Assembly: GCF_032444005.1 (NCBI RefSeq)
Contig: NC_091283.1
Coordinates: 168,640,001 to 168,704,000, forward strand
DNA: 64,000 nucleotides
From: Ranitomeya imitator
Lineage: Eukaryota
Reading direction: 5' to 3'
The notes under the pieces were generated by a model that was given only the letters and a program-made list of their open reading frames with translations, was not told the DNA's origin and did not search any database. Shown piece after piece: positions 11,909-24,389 of the stretch; positions within the stretch are counted from its first letter, which is position 1, and every line of letters starts with the position of its first letter. The position numbers and the translations under genes were made by a program.

Positions 11909-12250
11909 TATTAGTTGGTACACTATGGTGATATAAATCGGTACACTATAGGTTGGTATTATTTGGGCATGGTAACCCTGCATGTAACCCCTTTTCTCAT
12001 GTACAGCACCGTGGAATTAATGGTGCTAAATATGATAGTATAATAGGGCACACTATAGGTTGGTATTATTTGGGCACAGTATGATGGTATAATTGGGCAC
12101 TCTACACTGGTATTATTTGGGTACTATATGGCGATAAGGCTGACCTTCACACTACTTTTCTTGGGGCTTCTACAAATATTATTTAGTCTTAGCTTACATT
12201 ATGATCCTTTATCTCATAAAATGTAACAAAATGTCTGTATTTTCTGTTAG

Positions 12251-12305
12251 AAACCATCCAACTTCTAAAGCTAAAACGTGACAATCAGTTAAAGAAAGAA
12301 AAGAA
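12251..12305 (+). CDS. SYCE1: SYCE1-family coding exon 5 (ETIQLLKLKRDNQLKKEKK)
   Basis: 55 nt, tag|...|gtaag, phase 1-2. Confidence 0.88.
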
Positions 12306-12382
12306 GTAAGTGGACGCCATGTTAGTGTGCTCAGCAATACCTTCCAATTCACTGACAGGAAGCAGAGTGAACACTGATTATA

Positions 12383-14032
12383 CAGTTAGGGCCAGAAATA
12401 TTTGGACAGTGACACAAGTTTTGTTATTTTAGCTGTTTACAAAAACATGTTCAGAAATACAATTATATATATAATATGGGCTGAAAGTGCACACTCCCAG
12501 CTGCAATATGATAGTTTCCACATCCAAATCGGAGAAAGGGTTTAGGAATCATAGCTCTGTAATGCATAGCGTCCTCTTTTTCAAGGGACCAAAAGTAATT
12601 GGACAATGGACTCTAAGGGCTGCAATTAACTCTGAAGGCGTCTCCCTCGTTAACCTGTAATCAATGAAGTAGTTAAAAGGTCAGGGATGGATTCCAGGTG
12701 TGTGGTTTTGCATTTGGAAGCTGTTGCTGTGAGCAGACAACATGCGGTCAAAGGAACTCTCAATTGAGGTGAAGCAGAACATCCTGAGGCTGAAAAAAAA
12801 GAAAAAATCCATCAGAGAGATAGCAGACATGCTTGGAGTAGCAAAATCAACAGTTGGGTACATTCTGAGAAAAAAGGAATTGACTGGTGAGCTTGGGAAC
12901 TCAAAAAGGCCTGGGCGTCCACGGATGACAACAGTGGTGGATGATCGCCGCATACTTAATTTGGTGAAGAAGAACCCGTTCACAACATCAACTGAAGTCC
13001 AGAACACTCTCAGTGAAGTAGGTGTATCTGTCTCTAAGTCAACAGTAAAGAGAAGACTCCATGACAGTAAATACAAAGGGTTCACATCTAGATGCAAACC
13101 ATTCATCAATAACAAAAATAGACAGGCCAGAGTTAAATTTGCAGAAAAACACCTCAAGAAGCCAGCTCAGTTCTGGAAAAGTATTCTATGGACAGATGAG
13201 ACAAAGATCAACCTGTACCAGAATGATGGGAAGAAAAAAGTTTGGAGAAGAAAGGGAACGGCACATGATCCAAGGCACACCACATCCTCTGTAAAACATG
13301 GTGGAGGCAACGTGATGGCATGGGCATGCATGGCTTTCAATGGCACTGGGTCACTTGTGTTTATTGATGACATAAGAGCACACAAGAGTAGCCGGATGAA
13401 TTCTGAAGTGTACCGGGATATACTTTCAGCCCAGATTCAGCCAAATGCTGCAAAGTTGATTGGACGGCGCTTCATAGTACAGATGGACAATGACCCCAAG
13501 CATACAGCCAAAGCTACCCAGGAGTTCGAGTGCCAAAAAGTGGAACATTCTGCAATGGCCAAGTCAATCTCCAGATCTAAACCCAATTGAGCATGCATTT
13601 CACTTGCTCAAATCCAGACTTAAGACGGAAAGACCCACAAACAAGCAAGACCTGAAGGCTGCGGCTGTAAAGGCCTGGCAAAGCATTAAGAAGGAGGAAA
13701 CCCAGCGTTTGGTGATGTCCATGGGTTCCAGACTTAAGGCAGTGATTGCCTCCAAAGGATTTGCAACAAAATATTGAAAATAAAAATATTTTGTTTGGGT
13801 TATGTTTATTTGTCCAATTACTTTTGACCTCCTAAAATGTGGAGTGTTTGTAAAGAAATGTGTACAATTCCTACATTTTCTATCAGATATTTTTGTTCAA
13901 CCCTTCAAATTAAACGTTACAATCTGCACTTGAATTCTGTTGTAGAGGTTTCATTTCAAATCCAATGTGGTGGCATGCAGAGCCCAACTCGCGAAAATTG
14001 TGTCACTGTCCAAATATTTCTGGCCCTAACTG
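12383..14032 (+). mobile_element. Tc1/mariner transposon, full length (1650 bp)
   Basis: TIRs cagttagggccagaaatatttggacagtgacacaa at both ends, TA flanks at 12381-12382 and 14033-14034. Confidence 0.95.
12742..13777 (+). pseudogene. Tc1 DD34E transposase with one frameshift near 13527
   Basis: Paired-like HTH N-terminus, GRP, WTDE, MDND and SPDLNPIE motifs. The frame changes between QEF and SAKKWNIL; restoring 2 nt gives D34E spacing. Confidence 0.9.
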
Positions 14033-14596
14033 TATGATTGATCGTGTGATACATAGGAAGGATTGAACAGACCCTTTTAGATTTCTAACTTGTTCTGCAA
14101 AGTTGAACCTAAATTTTAAATACTTAAATTGCAATCTCCCACCTCTCTCGTGCACTCACAGGGTCCCGAGAAGCTGAGATATGAGGGGCTGTTTGTTGGG
14201 ATTCTTATATTTGCCTGTGACACAGAAGTAGCATTGTGATCACAGGGGGACTTATTGACACAAAATATCAGACCTACAGTATAATACATAATGAAAGCAA
14301 TCCAGCACACCTTACATTACCAGGAATATCACCATCTGGGATTATACCGGTCATGGATATGGACCACCTCCTGCAGAGAGAAGACTGAGTATGTGTCAGC
14401 ACTGAAGGACTTGAGGGGGGTTACAAAAACGATACCCCATAGTTTAAACCTGGGCTAAAATATAGCACCTGTAGTGACATAAAGACTGAACTACTACTCA
14501 CGGTGCTGGCACTAAACAATCCACTCCCCAGTAGAGAAGAACAGGCCTGAAGTGTGCCAGCTCCATCATCTTACTATTTGCCTTACATTGGTGCAG

Positions 14597-14686
14597 AATG
14601 CAAGAGCAAGCAGAGGAGAGCAAAAAGAGGATTGATGATCTGACCACCAAAATTAAAGAAGAGAAACAAAAGCAGAGAAAACAGAG
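14597..14686 (+). CDS. SYCE1: SYCE1-family coding exon 6 (MQEQAEESKKRIDDLTTKIKEEKQKQRKQR)
   Basis: 90 nt, canonical sites; resembles human [24 protein letters not shown]. Confidence 0.9.
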
Positions 14687-14973
14687 GTGAGGGAATAAAG
14701 TGCTGGATTCAGCCGATGAATCACCATAGTTTTAGGATTCACATTTATACTGCTTTCCACATGGACCTCAGATCTGCATGTAAAAAAATCTTAGTATTGA
14801 CTAGTCTGGCCAAATTCATGGACCAAACTGGTGCATGTAAATAGTAGGCAGCTCCTGCACCCATTCACTATGTGGACAGCCACAAGGAACTGCACACGGA
14901 TGTGATCAGGCCACAAAGTTCCGCGCACTTCTGAACTTAGCCTTCTAATGATTCTTTTTCTATACTGATATAG

Positions 14974-15037
14974 GATTGAATTTCAGGAGCAAATGGAAGA
15001 TCTAATGAAACAGCACAAGGCGCTGGCAAAGTTTTAT
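14974..15037 (+). CDS. SYCE1: SYCE1-family coding exon 7 (IEFQEQMEDLMKQHKALAKFY)
   Basis: 64 nt; resembles human FEEQLEDLMGQHKDLWDFH. Confidence 0.9.
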
Positions 15038-15420
15038 GTAAGTAGATGACGGGGCCAAGGGAATCATGTGGCTAAAACTATGGTGCCACATTCTAATGTT
15101 ATATTACAGGTCCGATAGTTTCCGAATGAAGTCCAGTATATATACATTTGCATAGTGAAATAGTGTATCGCTATATAATAATAATAATCTCTTTATTTAT
15201 ATAACGCCAACATATTCCACAGTGCTTTACAGTTTTTGCACACATTATCATCATAGTAGTCATAGCCATGAGAAGTCATTGTGTCTCCACACATTGGTAT
15301 TCTGGATCTTAGAGAGGGATTTGTTTCTAAATATTGGCTCTTCCTACAGTCACCGATGACATACACCACCTTGTGAATCCACGACCTGCCCATTCACTGA
15401 ATTATATGCGTTGTTTGTAG

Positions 15421-15487
15421 GATGCAAAAAGACTCGGAGCAGAGACCGATGAAATGAAACAGCAGAAAAATCAGCTTCTGCTAGAAG
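15421..15487 (+). CDS. SYCE1: SYCE1-family coding exon 8 (DAKRLGAETDEMKQQKNQLLLE)
   Basis: 67 nt, tag|...|gtaag, phase 0-1. Confidence 0.88.
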
Positions 15488-15587
15488 GTAAGAGATCGCC
15501 GACTTACCAGGGAAAAATAGAGCCCCTTATCTCAACCGGCCTCACTTCTGTACTGCTGGATATATAAGCTTTCATTTGTTATCATAG

Positions 15588-15705
15588 AAAAGGAGAAGTC
15601 AGCCGAGCTCAAGAAACTCGAAGAAACTGAGGTCAAACTGAGAGAGGAAGGTGTCCTGACTGCAGAAAATCTCTTCCTGCGCAGCGAGCCAGCGACGTGC
15701 GCAGT
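15588..15705 (+). CDS. SYCE1: SYCE1-family coding exon 9 (contains ENLFLRSE)
   Basis: LFLRS motif shared with human SYCE1; tag|...|gtgag. Confidence 0.9.
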
Positions 15706-15826
15706 GTGAGACATGTAGCGCACCCTCAGGGGACTTCTTGCTCTAAATAACTCTATACAGTATATAAGTGTGTATTAGAGTTAGAGACAATCCGGGAGAA
15801 TCAAATCTAATGTTTTGCATATTTAA

Positions 15827-16068
15827 AAGGACTCTGTCACCTGAATTTGGAGGGAACAATTTTCAGCCATAGGGGCGGGGTTTTCGGGTGTTTGATTCAC
15901 CCTTTCCTTACCCGCTGGCTGCATGCTGGTTGCAATATTGGATTGAAGTTCATTCTCTGTCCTCCATAGTACACGGCCAGCGGGTAAGGAAAGGGTGAAT
16001 CAAACACCCGAAAACCCTGCCTCTATGGCTGAAAATTGTTCCCTCCAAATTCAGATGACAGAGTCCCT
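15827..16068. mobile_element. Palindromic TTAA-flanked MITE (T2/Kolobok-like)
   Basis: Long inverted arms aaggactctgtcacctgaatttggaggg...; TTAA on both sides. Confidence 0.8.
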
Positions 16069-16207
16069 TTAAATTATGGCAGAGGCCATAGCAGTGTCAC
16101 TGCACATGGTGGGTTCCTAGAACTCTGAAAGCCTAAAAGAATGGCATAACTTAGCGAGCTTGTAATATCCAGCACTGTCTCTTCTTGCATCTCTTATGGC
16201 CTTACAG

Positions 16208-16297
16208 AAAGCTATTTGAAGAGGAAAACAACCGTGCCAAGGTCATGATAGAAGAGGAAACTGGCCGACAAACAGAAGTACTGAACAAATATAACAG
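16208..16297 (+). CDS. SYCE1: SYCE1-family coding exon 10 (KLFEEENNRAKVMIEEETGRQTEVLNKYNR)
   Basis: 90 nt; resembles human QLFQEEHRKAEELL. Confidence 0.88.
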
Positions 16298-18541
16298 GTC
16301 AGTATGAAACTCACAGAATGAGGCGATAACACATTTTTTCCAAGACAAATCTGCAAAAACAAATGTGTTATATCCTCATTGTCTCTCCTGAGCTGTTAGG
16401 TCATATTCGCACCCCCATGATTAAAAGTTGTTGAATACAGTACATCTATATTGCTATTCGACAGTCTCTTTGTGTAAATGGACTTTAATTTGTCACCAGA
16501 TTATCACCAGAGGACTAGTTAACATGCTTTTAGGTAGTCTACCCATGACCCCACTGCTGATTGTCAGCTTTCTTCCTAAGCATAGAGTACACAGAACGCT
16601 GTCAATCAGTGCTATGGGCAGGGTTATACAGAGCTCAGCAGCAGGGAAAGCTGTTTTTAATCAAAACTGCAAGAAGCAGTGCAGTAAGGTAAGTGATATA
16701 TTGCTGGAATCAAGGTCTCTGCCGCTACATCATGCTGCTCTTAAATGGTGTGGAAAATACCTGGAGACAGATTTCCTTTAATGCCAAATACATCTGTTAA
16801 TCTTTTTTTTGCTCCAGTCACATCCAGAGCTGCATTCACAAGTTAGGGGAAGCTAATTGCAGACAGTCCATCTAATGTATTCAGTATATAATATACAGGT
16901 GCTTCTCACAAAATTAGAATATCATCAAAAACTTAATTTTTTTCAGTTCTTCAGTACAAAAAGTGAAACTCATATATTATATAGAGTTATTACAAACAGG
17001 GTGATCTATTTCAGGTGTTTATTTCTGTTAATGTTGATGATTATGGCTTACAGCCAATGAAAACCCAAAAGTCATTATCTCAGTAAATTAGAATACTGTA
17101 TACCACCAGCTTGAAAAATGACTTTAACCCCTCTGTGACCTTAGACGTACTATCCCGTCGAGGTGCCCTGGGCTTATCTGACCCTGGACGGGATAGTACG
17201 TCATAGCGATCGGCAGCGCTCATGGGGGGAGCGCCGCCGATCGCGGCCGGGTGTCAGCTGCTTATCGCAGCTGACATCCGGCACTATGTGCCAGGAGCGG
17301 TCACGGACCGCCCCCGGCACATTAACCCCTGGCACACCGCGATCAAACATGATCGCGATGTGCCGGCGGTGCAGGGAAGCACCGCGCAGGGAGGGGGCTC
17401 CCTGCAGGCTTCCCTGAGCCCCCCGCAGCAACGCGGTCTTACCTCCCTCCCTGCCTGCTCGAGCCCGGATCCAAGATGGCCGCGGATCCGGGTCCTGCAG
17501 GGAGGGAGGTGGCTTCACAGAGCCTGCTCAGAGCAGGCACTGTGAAGCAGCCTGCACTGCTCTCAGATCGGTGATCTGACAGAGTGCTGTGCAAACTGTT
17601 AGATCGCCGATCTGTGATGTCCCCCCCTGGGACAAAGTAAAAAAGTTAAAAAAAATATTCCAAAATGATGAAAAAAAAAAATATATTATTCCCATAAATA
17701 CATTTCTTCAGCTAAATAAAAAAAAAACCCAATAAAAGTACACATATTTAGTATCGCCGCGTCCGTAACGACCCGACCTATAAAACTGGCCCATTAGTTA
17801 ACCCCTTCAGTAAACACCGTAAGAAAAAAAAAAAAAAAAAACGAGGCAAAAAACAACGCTTTATTATCATACCACCGAACAAAAAGTGGAATAACACGCG
17901 ATCAAAAGGACAGATATAAATAACCATGGTACCGCTGAATACGTCATATTGTCCCGCAAAAAACGAGCCGCCATACAGCATCATCAGCAAAAAAATAAAA
18001 AAGTTATAGTCCTGAGAATAAAGCGATGCAAAAATAATTATTTTTTCTGTAAAATAGTTTTTATCGTATAAAAGCGCCAAACCATAAAAAAATGATATAA
18101 ATGAGGTATCGCTGTAATCGTACTGACCCGAAGAATAAAACTGATTTATCAATTTTACCAAACGCGGAACGGTATAAACGCCTCCCCCAATAGAAATTCA
18201 TGAATAGCTGGTTTTTGTTCATTCTTCCTCACAAAAATCGAAATAAAAAGCGATCAAAAAATGTCACGTGCCCGAAAATGTTTTCAATAAAAACGTCAAC
18301 TCATCCCGCAAAAAACAAGACCTCACATGACTCTGTGAACCAAAATATGGAAAAATTATAGCTCTCAAAATGTGGTAATGCAAAAAATATTTTTTGCAAT
18401 AAAAAGCGTCTTTCAGTGTGTGACGGCTGCCAATCATAAAAATCCGCTAAAAAACTCGCTATAAAAGTAAATCAAACCCCCCTTCATCACCCCCTTAGTT
18501 AGGGAAAAATAAAAAAAAATGTATTTATTTCCATTTTCCCA

Positions 18542-18915
18542 TTAGGGCTAGGGTTAGGGCCAGGGTTAGGATTAGGGCTAGGGTTAGGGCTAGGGTTAGG
18601 GTTAGGGCTAGGGTTAGGGTTAGAGTTAGGGCTAGGATTAGGGTTAGGGCTAGGGTTAGGGCTAGGGTTGGGGCTACAGTTAGGGTTAGGGCTAGGGTTA
18701 GGGCTAGAGTTAGGGCTAGGATTAGGGCTAGGGTTAGGGCTAGGGTTAGGGTTAGGGTTGGGGCTACAGTTAGGGTTGGGGCTAAAGTTAGGGTTAGGGT
18801 TTAGATTACATTTACAGTTGGGAATAGGGTTGGGATTAGGGTTAGGGGTGTGTCAGGGTTAGAGGTGTGGTTAGGGTTACCGTTGGAATTAGGGTTAGGG
18901 GTGTGTTTGGATTAG
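18542..18915 (+). repeat. Degenerate telomere-like (TTAGGG/CTAGGG)n tract
   Basis: About 60 hexamers, mixing TTAGGG with CTAGGG, TTGGGG and TTAGAG variants. Confidence 0.9.
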
Positions 18916-18929
18916 GGTTTCAGTTATAA

Positions 18930-20670
18930 TTGGGGGGTTTCCACTGTTTCGGCACATCAGGGGCTCTCCAAACACGACATGGCGTCCGATCTCAATTCCA
19001 GCCAATTCTGCGTTGAAAAAGTAAAACAGTGCTCCTTCCCTTCCGAGCTCTCCTGTGTGCCCAAACGGGTTTACCCTCACATATGGGGTATCAGCGTACT
19101 CAGGACAAATTGGACAACAACTTTTGTGGACCAATTTCTCCTGTTACCCTTGGGAAAATACAAAACTGGGGGCTAAAAAATAATTTTTGTGGGAAAACAA
19201 AAAGATTTTTTATTTTCACGGCTCTGCGTTATAAACTGTAGTGAAACACTTGGGGGTTCAAAGTTCTCACAACACATCTAGATAAGTTCATTGAGGGGTC
19301 TAGTTTCCAATATGGGGTCACTTGTGGGGGGTTTCTACTGTTTAGGTACATTAGGGGCTCTGCAAACGCAATGTGACGCCAGCAGACCAATCCATCTAAG
19401 TCTGCATTCCAAATGATGCTCCTTCCCTTCCGAGCCCTCCCATGCGCCCAAACGGTGGTTCCCCCCCACATATCGGGTATCAGCGTACTCAGGACAAATT
19501 GGACAACAACATTTAGGGTCCAATTTCTCCTGCTAACCTTGGAAAAATACAAAACTGGGGGCTAAAATATAATTTTTGTGGAAAAAAAAATATTTTTTAT
19601 TTGCACGGCTCTGCGTTATAAACTGTAGTGAAATACTTGGGGGTTCAAAGCTCTCACAACACATCAAGATGAGTTCCTTAGGGGGTCTACTTTCCAAAAT
19701 GGTGTCACTTGTGGGGGGTTTCTACTGTTTAGGTACATTAGGGGCTCTGCAAACGCAATGTGACGCCTGCAGACCATTCCATCTAAGTCTGCATTCCAAA
19801 TGGCGCTCCTTCCCTTCCGAGCCCTCCCATGCGCCCAAACGGTGGTTCCCCCCCCCACATATGGGGTATCAGCGTACTCAGGAAAAATTGGACAACAACT
19901 TTTGGGGTCCAATTTCTCCTGTTACCCTAGGGAAAATACAAAACTGGGGGCTAAAAAATAATTTTTGTGGGAAAAAAATTTTGTTTTATTTTTACGGCTC
20001 TGCATTATAAACTTCTGTGAAGCCCTTGGTGGGTCAAAGTGCTCACCACACATCCAGATAAGTTCCTTAGGGGGTCTACTTTCCAACATGGTGTCACTTG
20101 TGGGGGGTTTCAATGTTTAGGCACATCAGTGGCTCTCCAAACGCAACATGGCGTCCCATCTCAATTCCTGTCAATTTTGCATTGAAAAGTCAAACGGCGC
20201 TCCTTCCCTTCCGAGCTCTCCCATGCGCCCAAACAGTGGTTTACTGCCACATATGGGGTATCAGCATACTCAGGACAACTTGGACAACAACTTTTGAGGT
20301 CCAATTTCTTCTCTTACCCTTGGAAAAATAAAAAATTGGGGGCAAAAATATAATTTTTGTGAAAAAATATGATTTTTTATTTTTACGGTTCTGCATTATA
20401 AACTTCTGTGAAGCACTTGGTGGGTCAAAGTGCTCACCACACCTCTAGATAAGTTCCTTAGGGGGTCTACTTTCCAAAATGGTGTCACTTGTGGGGGGCA
20501 CATCAGTGGCTCTCCAAACGCAACATGGCGTCCCATCTCAATTCCTGTCAATTTTGCATTGAAAAGTCAAACGGCGCTCCTTCCCTTCCGAGCTCTCCCA
20601 TGCACCCAAACAGTGGTTTACTGCCACATATGGGGTATCAGCGTACTTTTGGGGTCCATTTTCTCCTGTT
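18930..20670. repeat. Tandem repeat of about 390 bp, roughly 4.5-5 copies, inside the TTAA element
   Basis: Marker ggtatcagc recurs near 19087, 19476, 19865, 20257 and 20634. Confidence 0.85.
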
Positions 20671-22699
20671 ACCCTTGGTAAAATAAAACAAATTGGAGCT
20701 GAAGTAAATTTTTTGTGTAAAAAAAGTTAAATGTTCATTTTTATTTAAACATTCCAAAAATTCCTATTAAACACCTGAAGGGTTAATAAACTTCTTGAAT
20801 ATGGTTTTGAGCACCTTGAGGGGTGCAGTTTTTAGAATGGTATCACACTTGGGTATTTTCTATCATATAGACCCCTCAAAATGACTTCAAATGAGATGTG
20901 GTCCCTAAAAAAAAATGGTGTTGTAAAAATGAGAAATTGCTGGTCAACTTTTAACTCTTATAACTCCATAACAAAAAAAAAATTTGGTTCCAAAATTATG
21001 CTGATGTAAAGGAGACATGTGGGAAATGTTACTTATTAAGTATTTTGTGTGACATATCTCTGTGATTTAATTGCATAAAAATTCAAAGTTTGAAAATTGC
21101 GAAATTTTCAAAATTTTCGCCAAATTTCCGTTTTTTTCACAAATAAACGCAGGTACTATCAAAGAAATTTTACCACTATCATGAAGTACAATATGTCACG
21201 AGAAAACAATGTCAGAATCACCAGGATCCGTTGAAGCGTTCCAGAGTTATAACCTCATAAAGGGACAGTGGTCAGAATTGTAAAAATTGGCCTGGTCATT
21301 GACGTGCAAACCACCCTTGGGGGTAAAGGGGTTAAAATCCGAAATGTTGGCCTACTGAAATGTATATTCAGTAAATGCACTCAATACTTGGTCGGGGCTC
21401 TTTTTGCATCAATTACTGCATCAACGTGGCGTGGCATGGAGGCGATCAGCCTGTGGCACTGCTGAGGTGTTATGGAAGCCCAGGTTGCTTTGATAGCAGC
21501 CTTCACCTCGTCTGCATTGTTGGGTCTGGTGTCTCATCTTCCTCTTGACAATACTCCATAGATTCTCTATGGGGTTAAGGTCAGGCGAGTTTGCTGCCAA
21601 TCAAGCACAGTAATACTGTTGTTTGTAAACCAGATATTGGTACTTTTGGCAGTGTGGACAGGTGCCAAGTCCTGCTGGAGAATTACATTTCCATCTCCAA
21701 ACAGCTTGTCAGCAGAGGGAAGCATGAAGTGCTCTAAAATTTCCTGGTAAACGGCTGCGCTGACTTTGGTTCTGATAAAACACAGTGGACCTACACCAGC
21801 AGATGACATGGCTCCCAAACCATCACTGATTGTGGAAACTTCACACTAGACCTCAAGCAGCTTGGATTGTGGCCTCTCCACTCTTCCTCCAGACTCTGGG
21901 ACCTTGATTTCCAAATGAAATTTCAAAATTTACTTTCATCTGACAACACCTTGGACCACTGAGCAACAGTCCAGTTCTTTTTCTCCTTGGCTCAGGTAAG
22001 ACGCTTCTGGCGTTGTCTATTGGTCATGAGTGGCTTGACACAAGGAATGTGACACTTGTAGACCATTGAGTGGTGGATCTTGAAGCAATGACTCCAGCAG
22101 CAGTCCACTCCTTGTGAATCTCCCCTAAATTTTTGAATGGCCTTTTCTTTACAATCCTTTCAAGGCTGCGGTTATCCCAGTGCTTGTGCACTTTTTTCTA
22201 CCACACTTTTTCCTTCCACTCAACTTCCCATTAATATGCTTGGATACAGCACTCTGTGACCAACCAGCTTCTTTAGCAATGACCTTTAGTAGCTTACCCT
22301 CCTTGTGGATTGTGTCAGTGACTGCGTTCTGGACATCTGTCAAGTCAGCAGTCTTCCCCATGATTGTGGAGCTACTGAAACAGACTACAGGACCTTTTTT
22401 AAACGCTTAAAAAGCCTTTGCGGGTGTTTTTTGTTAATTATTCTAATTTACTGAGATAATGTCTTTTGGGTTTTCATTGGCTGTAAGCCATAATCATCAA
22501 CATTAACGGAAATAGACACTTGAAATAGATCACTCTGTGTGTAATGACTCTATATAATATGAGTTTCACTTTTTGTATTGAAGAACTGAAATAAACTTTT
22601 TGATGATATTTTAATTTTGTGAGAAGCATCTGTATGAGAAAAAAAATGAAGTTTCTCTTTGCTTGTCTTAATCTTGTCCTGTCTGTTTTGGGGAGACAG

Positions 22700-22832
22700 G
22701 CTGAAATCATGGCTGGAAGATGCAGAGAGGAAGCTGCCTAAGGTGTCGCAGGCCCTGGCGGAGAAGCCCCAACCCGAGCTCAGCCATTCGGCCCCCCAGC
22801 CCAGCAGTATCCTGTTCTCATTTACCAGATAG
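22700..22832 (+). CDS. SYCE1: SYCE1-family last coding exon (LKSWLEDAERK...SFTR*)
   Basis: Phase-2 acceptor cag|G gives RLK as in human RLKEELEK; total CDS is 840 nt (279 aa); AATAAA at 22927-22932. Confidence 0.75.
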
Positions 22833-23224
22833 GCTCCAGAGCACAACACGCAGGTCTCCTCTTCTTCCCAGGGGTTATTTCTGCTTTGCATAGTAATTAT
22901 TCTGTAGTCTGTCCAAAGTATTATTAAATAAAGTTTTCTCCATTGTATTAATTGCCTGTATTTATTACAATCTGTGCTCACAGAGCAGTGAAATTAGTCA
23001 GATGCCAAAAGAGATACCAGGCTGTCACCTGTTTTTTTTTTTTTACCAATCGATGCCACACTTGGATCTGGTTTTTCGCACAATAATGAGGCTTTGCCAC
23101 GTCCCCATCTGAAGTTGACAGTAGATCAGATGAAGCAGCCAGGGGGGATAAATAAGGGAATTTTGCTTAGTTGTCACAATTCAGGTGTACAGGGAAGTGT
23201 GTCATCTGACCCCTGTGACCAGCC

Positions 23225-23469
23225 TATAAAAAGAGGAAAGACGTACTGTACGTGGGATGGGTTTTCCTGCCCCAGACTGGCACTTTGGCCGCACTAGGAT
23301 ACAGCTGAACGCAGGAGGTCCAGTATTATAGGAGCTATTCTGAAATATTAGTCTGCATGATCACCCATAGGGAAACTATTTGGTGACAGTTCTCTTTACA
23401 TTCATGCTGAAGTCGAAGCGGATGAGCAAATGACAGGCTTTTAGTAGGACACACACCCACCAACAACTC
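23225..23469 (+). promoter_or_regulatory. Candidate TATA box and non-coding first exon of the death-domain gene
   Basis: TATAAAAAG at 23225; donor C|gtaaga at 23469/23470. Confidence 0.35.
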
Positions 23470-23563
23470 GTAAGAGGAACACGGACAAAGCATTTCCTTT
23501 CATTTTTGCTGCTGAGTTGGTTTCACTTTTATACAAAGAAGATTTCCAGGAGACCTGACGGAC

Positions 23564-23582
23564 ATGGATTACCACAAGCCAG
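23564..23582 (+). CDS. Unassigned death-domain protein, candidate coding exon 1 (MDYHKP)
   Basis: gacATGG Kozak, donor AG|gtaatc, phase 1 fits the next exon. Confidence 0.5.
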
Positions 23583-23721
23583 GTAATCCTGCACATGGCT
23601 CTGTTTTCTGGGTACATCACTCATAGGACTCTGCTGGAAATTCATTGTCGACAAGGATCCAACCGCACGCATCAATGTCCACATCATGACTCCTATGTGG
23701 ACGCATTGACATCATCTATAA

Positions 23722-24212
23722 GGCTGCTTTCACACATCAGGTTTTTTGCCGTCAGGTACAATCCGGTGAATTTAGAAAAAAAACGGATTGGGCAAAAGTT
23801 GCCGCTGGATCCCTTTTTTTTTCATAGACTTGTATTAACGACGGATGGCCGCACGTTTCATCCGTTTTTCGCCAGATCCGTCAAAAATTGGTTTTCCGGC
23901 GGACGTAGAAGAGTAGAAAACGGACATTTTTGTGTCTGTCGAAAAAAAACGGACAGCGACGGATCCGTCGTTTGCTAAAATGGAACCCTATGGCACCGGA
24001 ATAGTCAAATAACGGAATCCAGCAACGGATTCCGTTTTTTTTTAACTGAGCATGCTCCGATTTTTTTGGGATCCAAATAGCTGGATCAGCTAGTCGGATC
24101 CGTCCAAGAAACGGATCCGTTGCATCAGTTTTTCACAATCTGCGACGGATACGTTTTTTTCAACATTCGACGAATTGTGACTGATGCCAAAAACTGATGT
24201 GTGAAAGCAGCC
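23722..24212. mobile_element. MITE, PIF/Harbinger-like
   Basis: TIRs ggctgctttcacacatcag / ctgatgtgtgaaagcagcc. Confidence 0.8.
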
Positions 24213-24389
24213 TATGACTGATGTGCCTAAGAGCAGTCCGGGCAATGGCGTCATTGGGACATTGCAGCTGGGGATTAGTTGTAAAGGCTTTCCACCTAGC
24301 GACTATGGCGCACGTACACTATTCGGGCATCATGTGGGCAAGCTGCGACTCCACTGACCATATTCTTTATTATATCCTTCCTCCTGCAG

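Larger units (their letters stand above)
17128..21331. mobile_element. Non-autonomous TTAA-flanked element (piggyBac-like, CCCC...GGGG ends)
   Basis: TTAA at 17124-17127 and 21332-21335; imperfect short TIRs; the host Tc1 is continuous when it is removed. Confidence 0.7.
16896..22634 (-). mobile_element. Degraded Tc1 element (IR/DR type) split by a nested 4.2-kb insertion
   Basis: Long inverted termini caggtgcttctcacaaaattagaatatcatcaaaa; minus-strand transposase remnants at 21567-21818 (QQDLAPVHTAKST) and 22149-22361 (MGKTADLT). Confidence 0.85.

Noticed and set aside
18668-18862. GLGLGL ORF, or a true telomere
   Set aside because: It is the translation of the hexamer repeat; the tract is degenerate and internal to a transposon.
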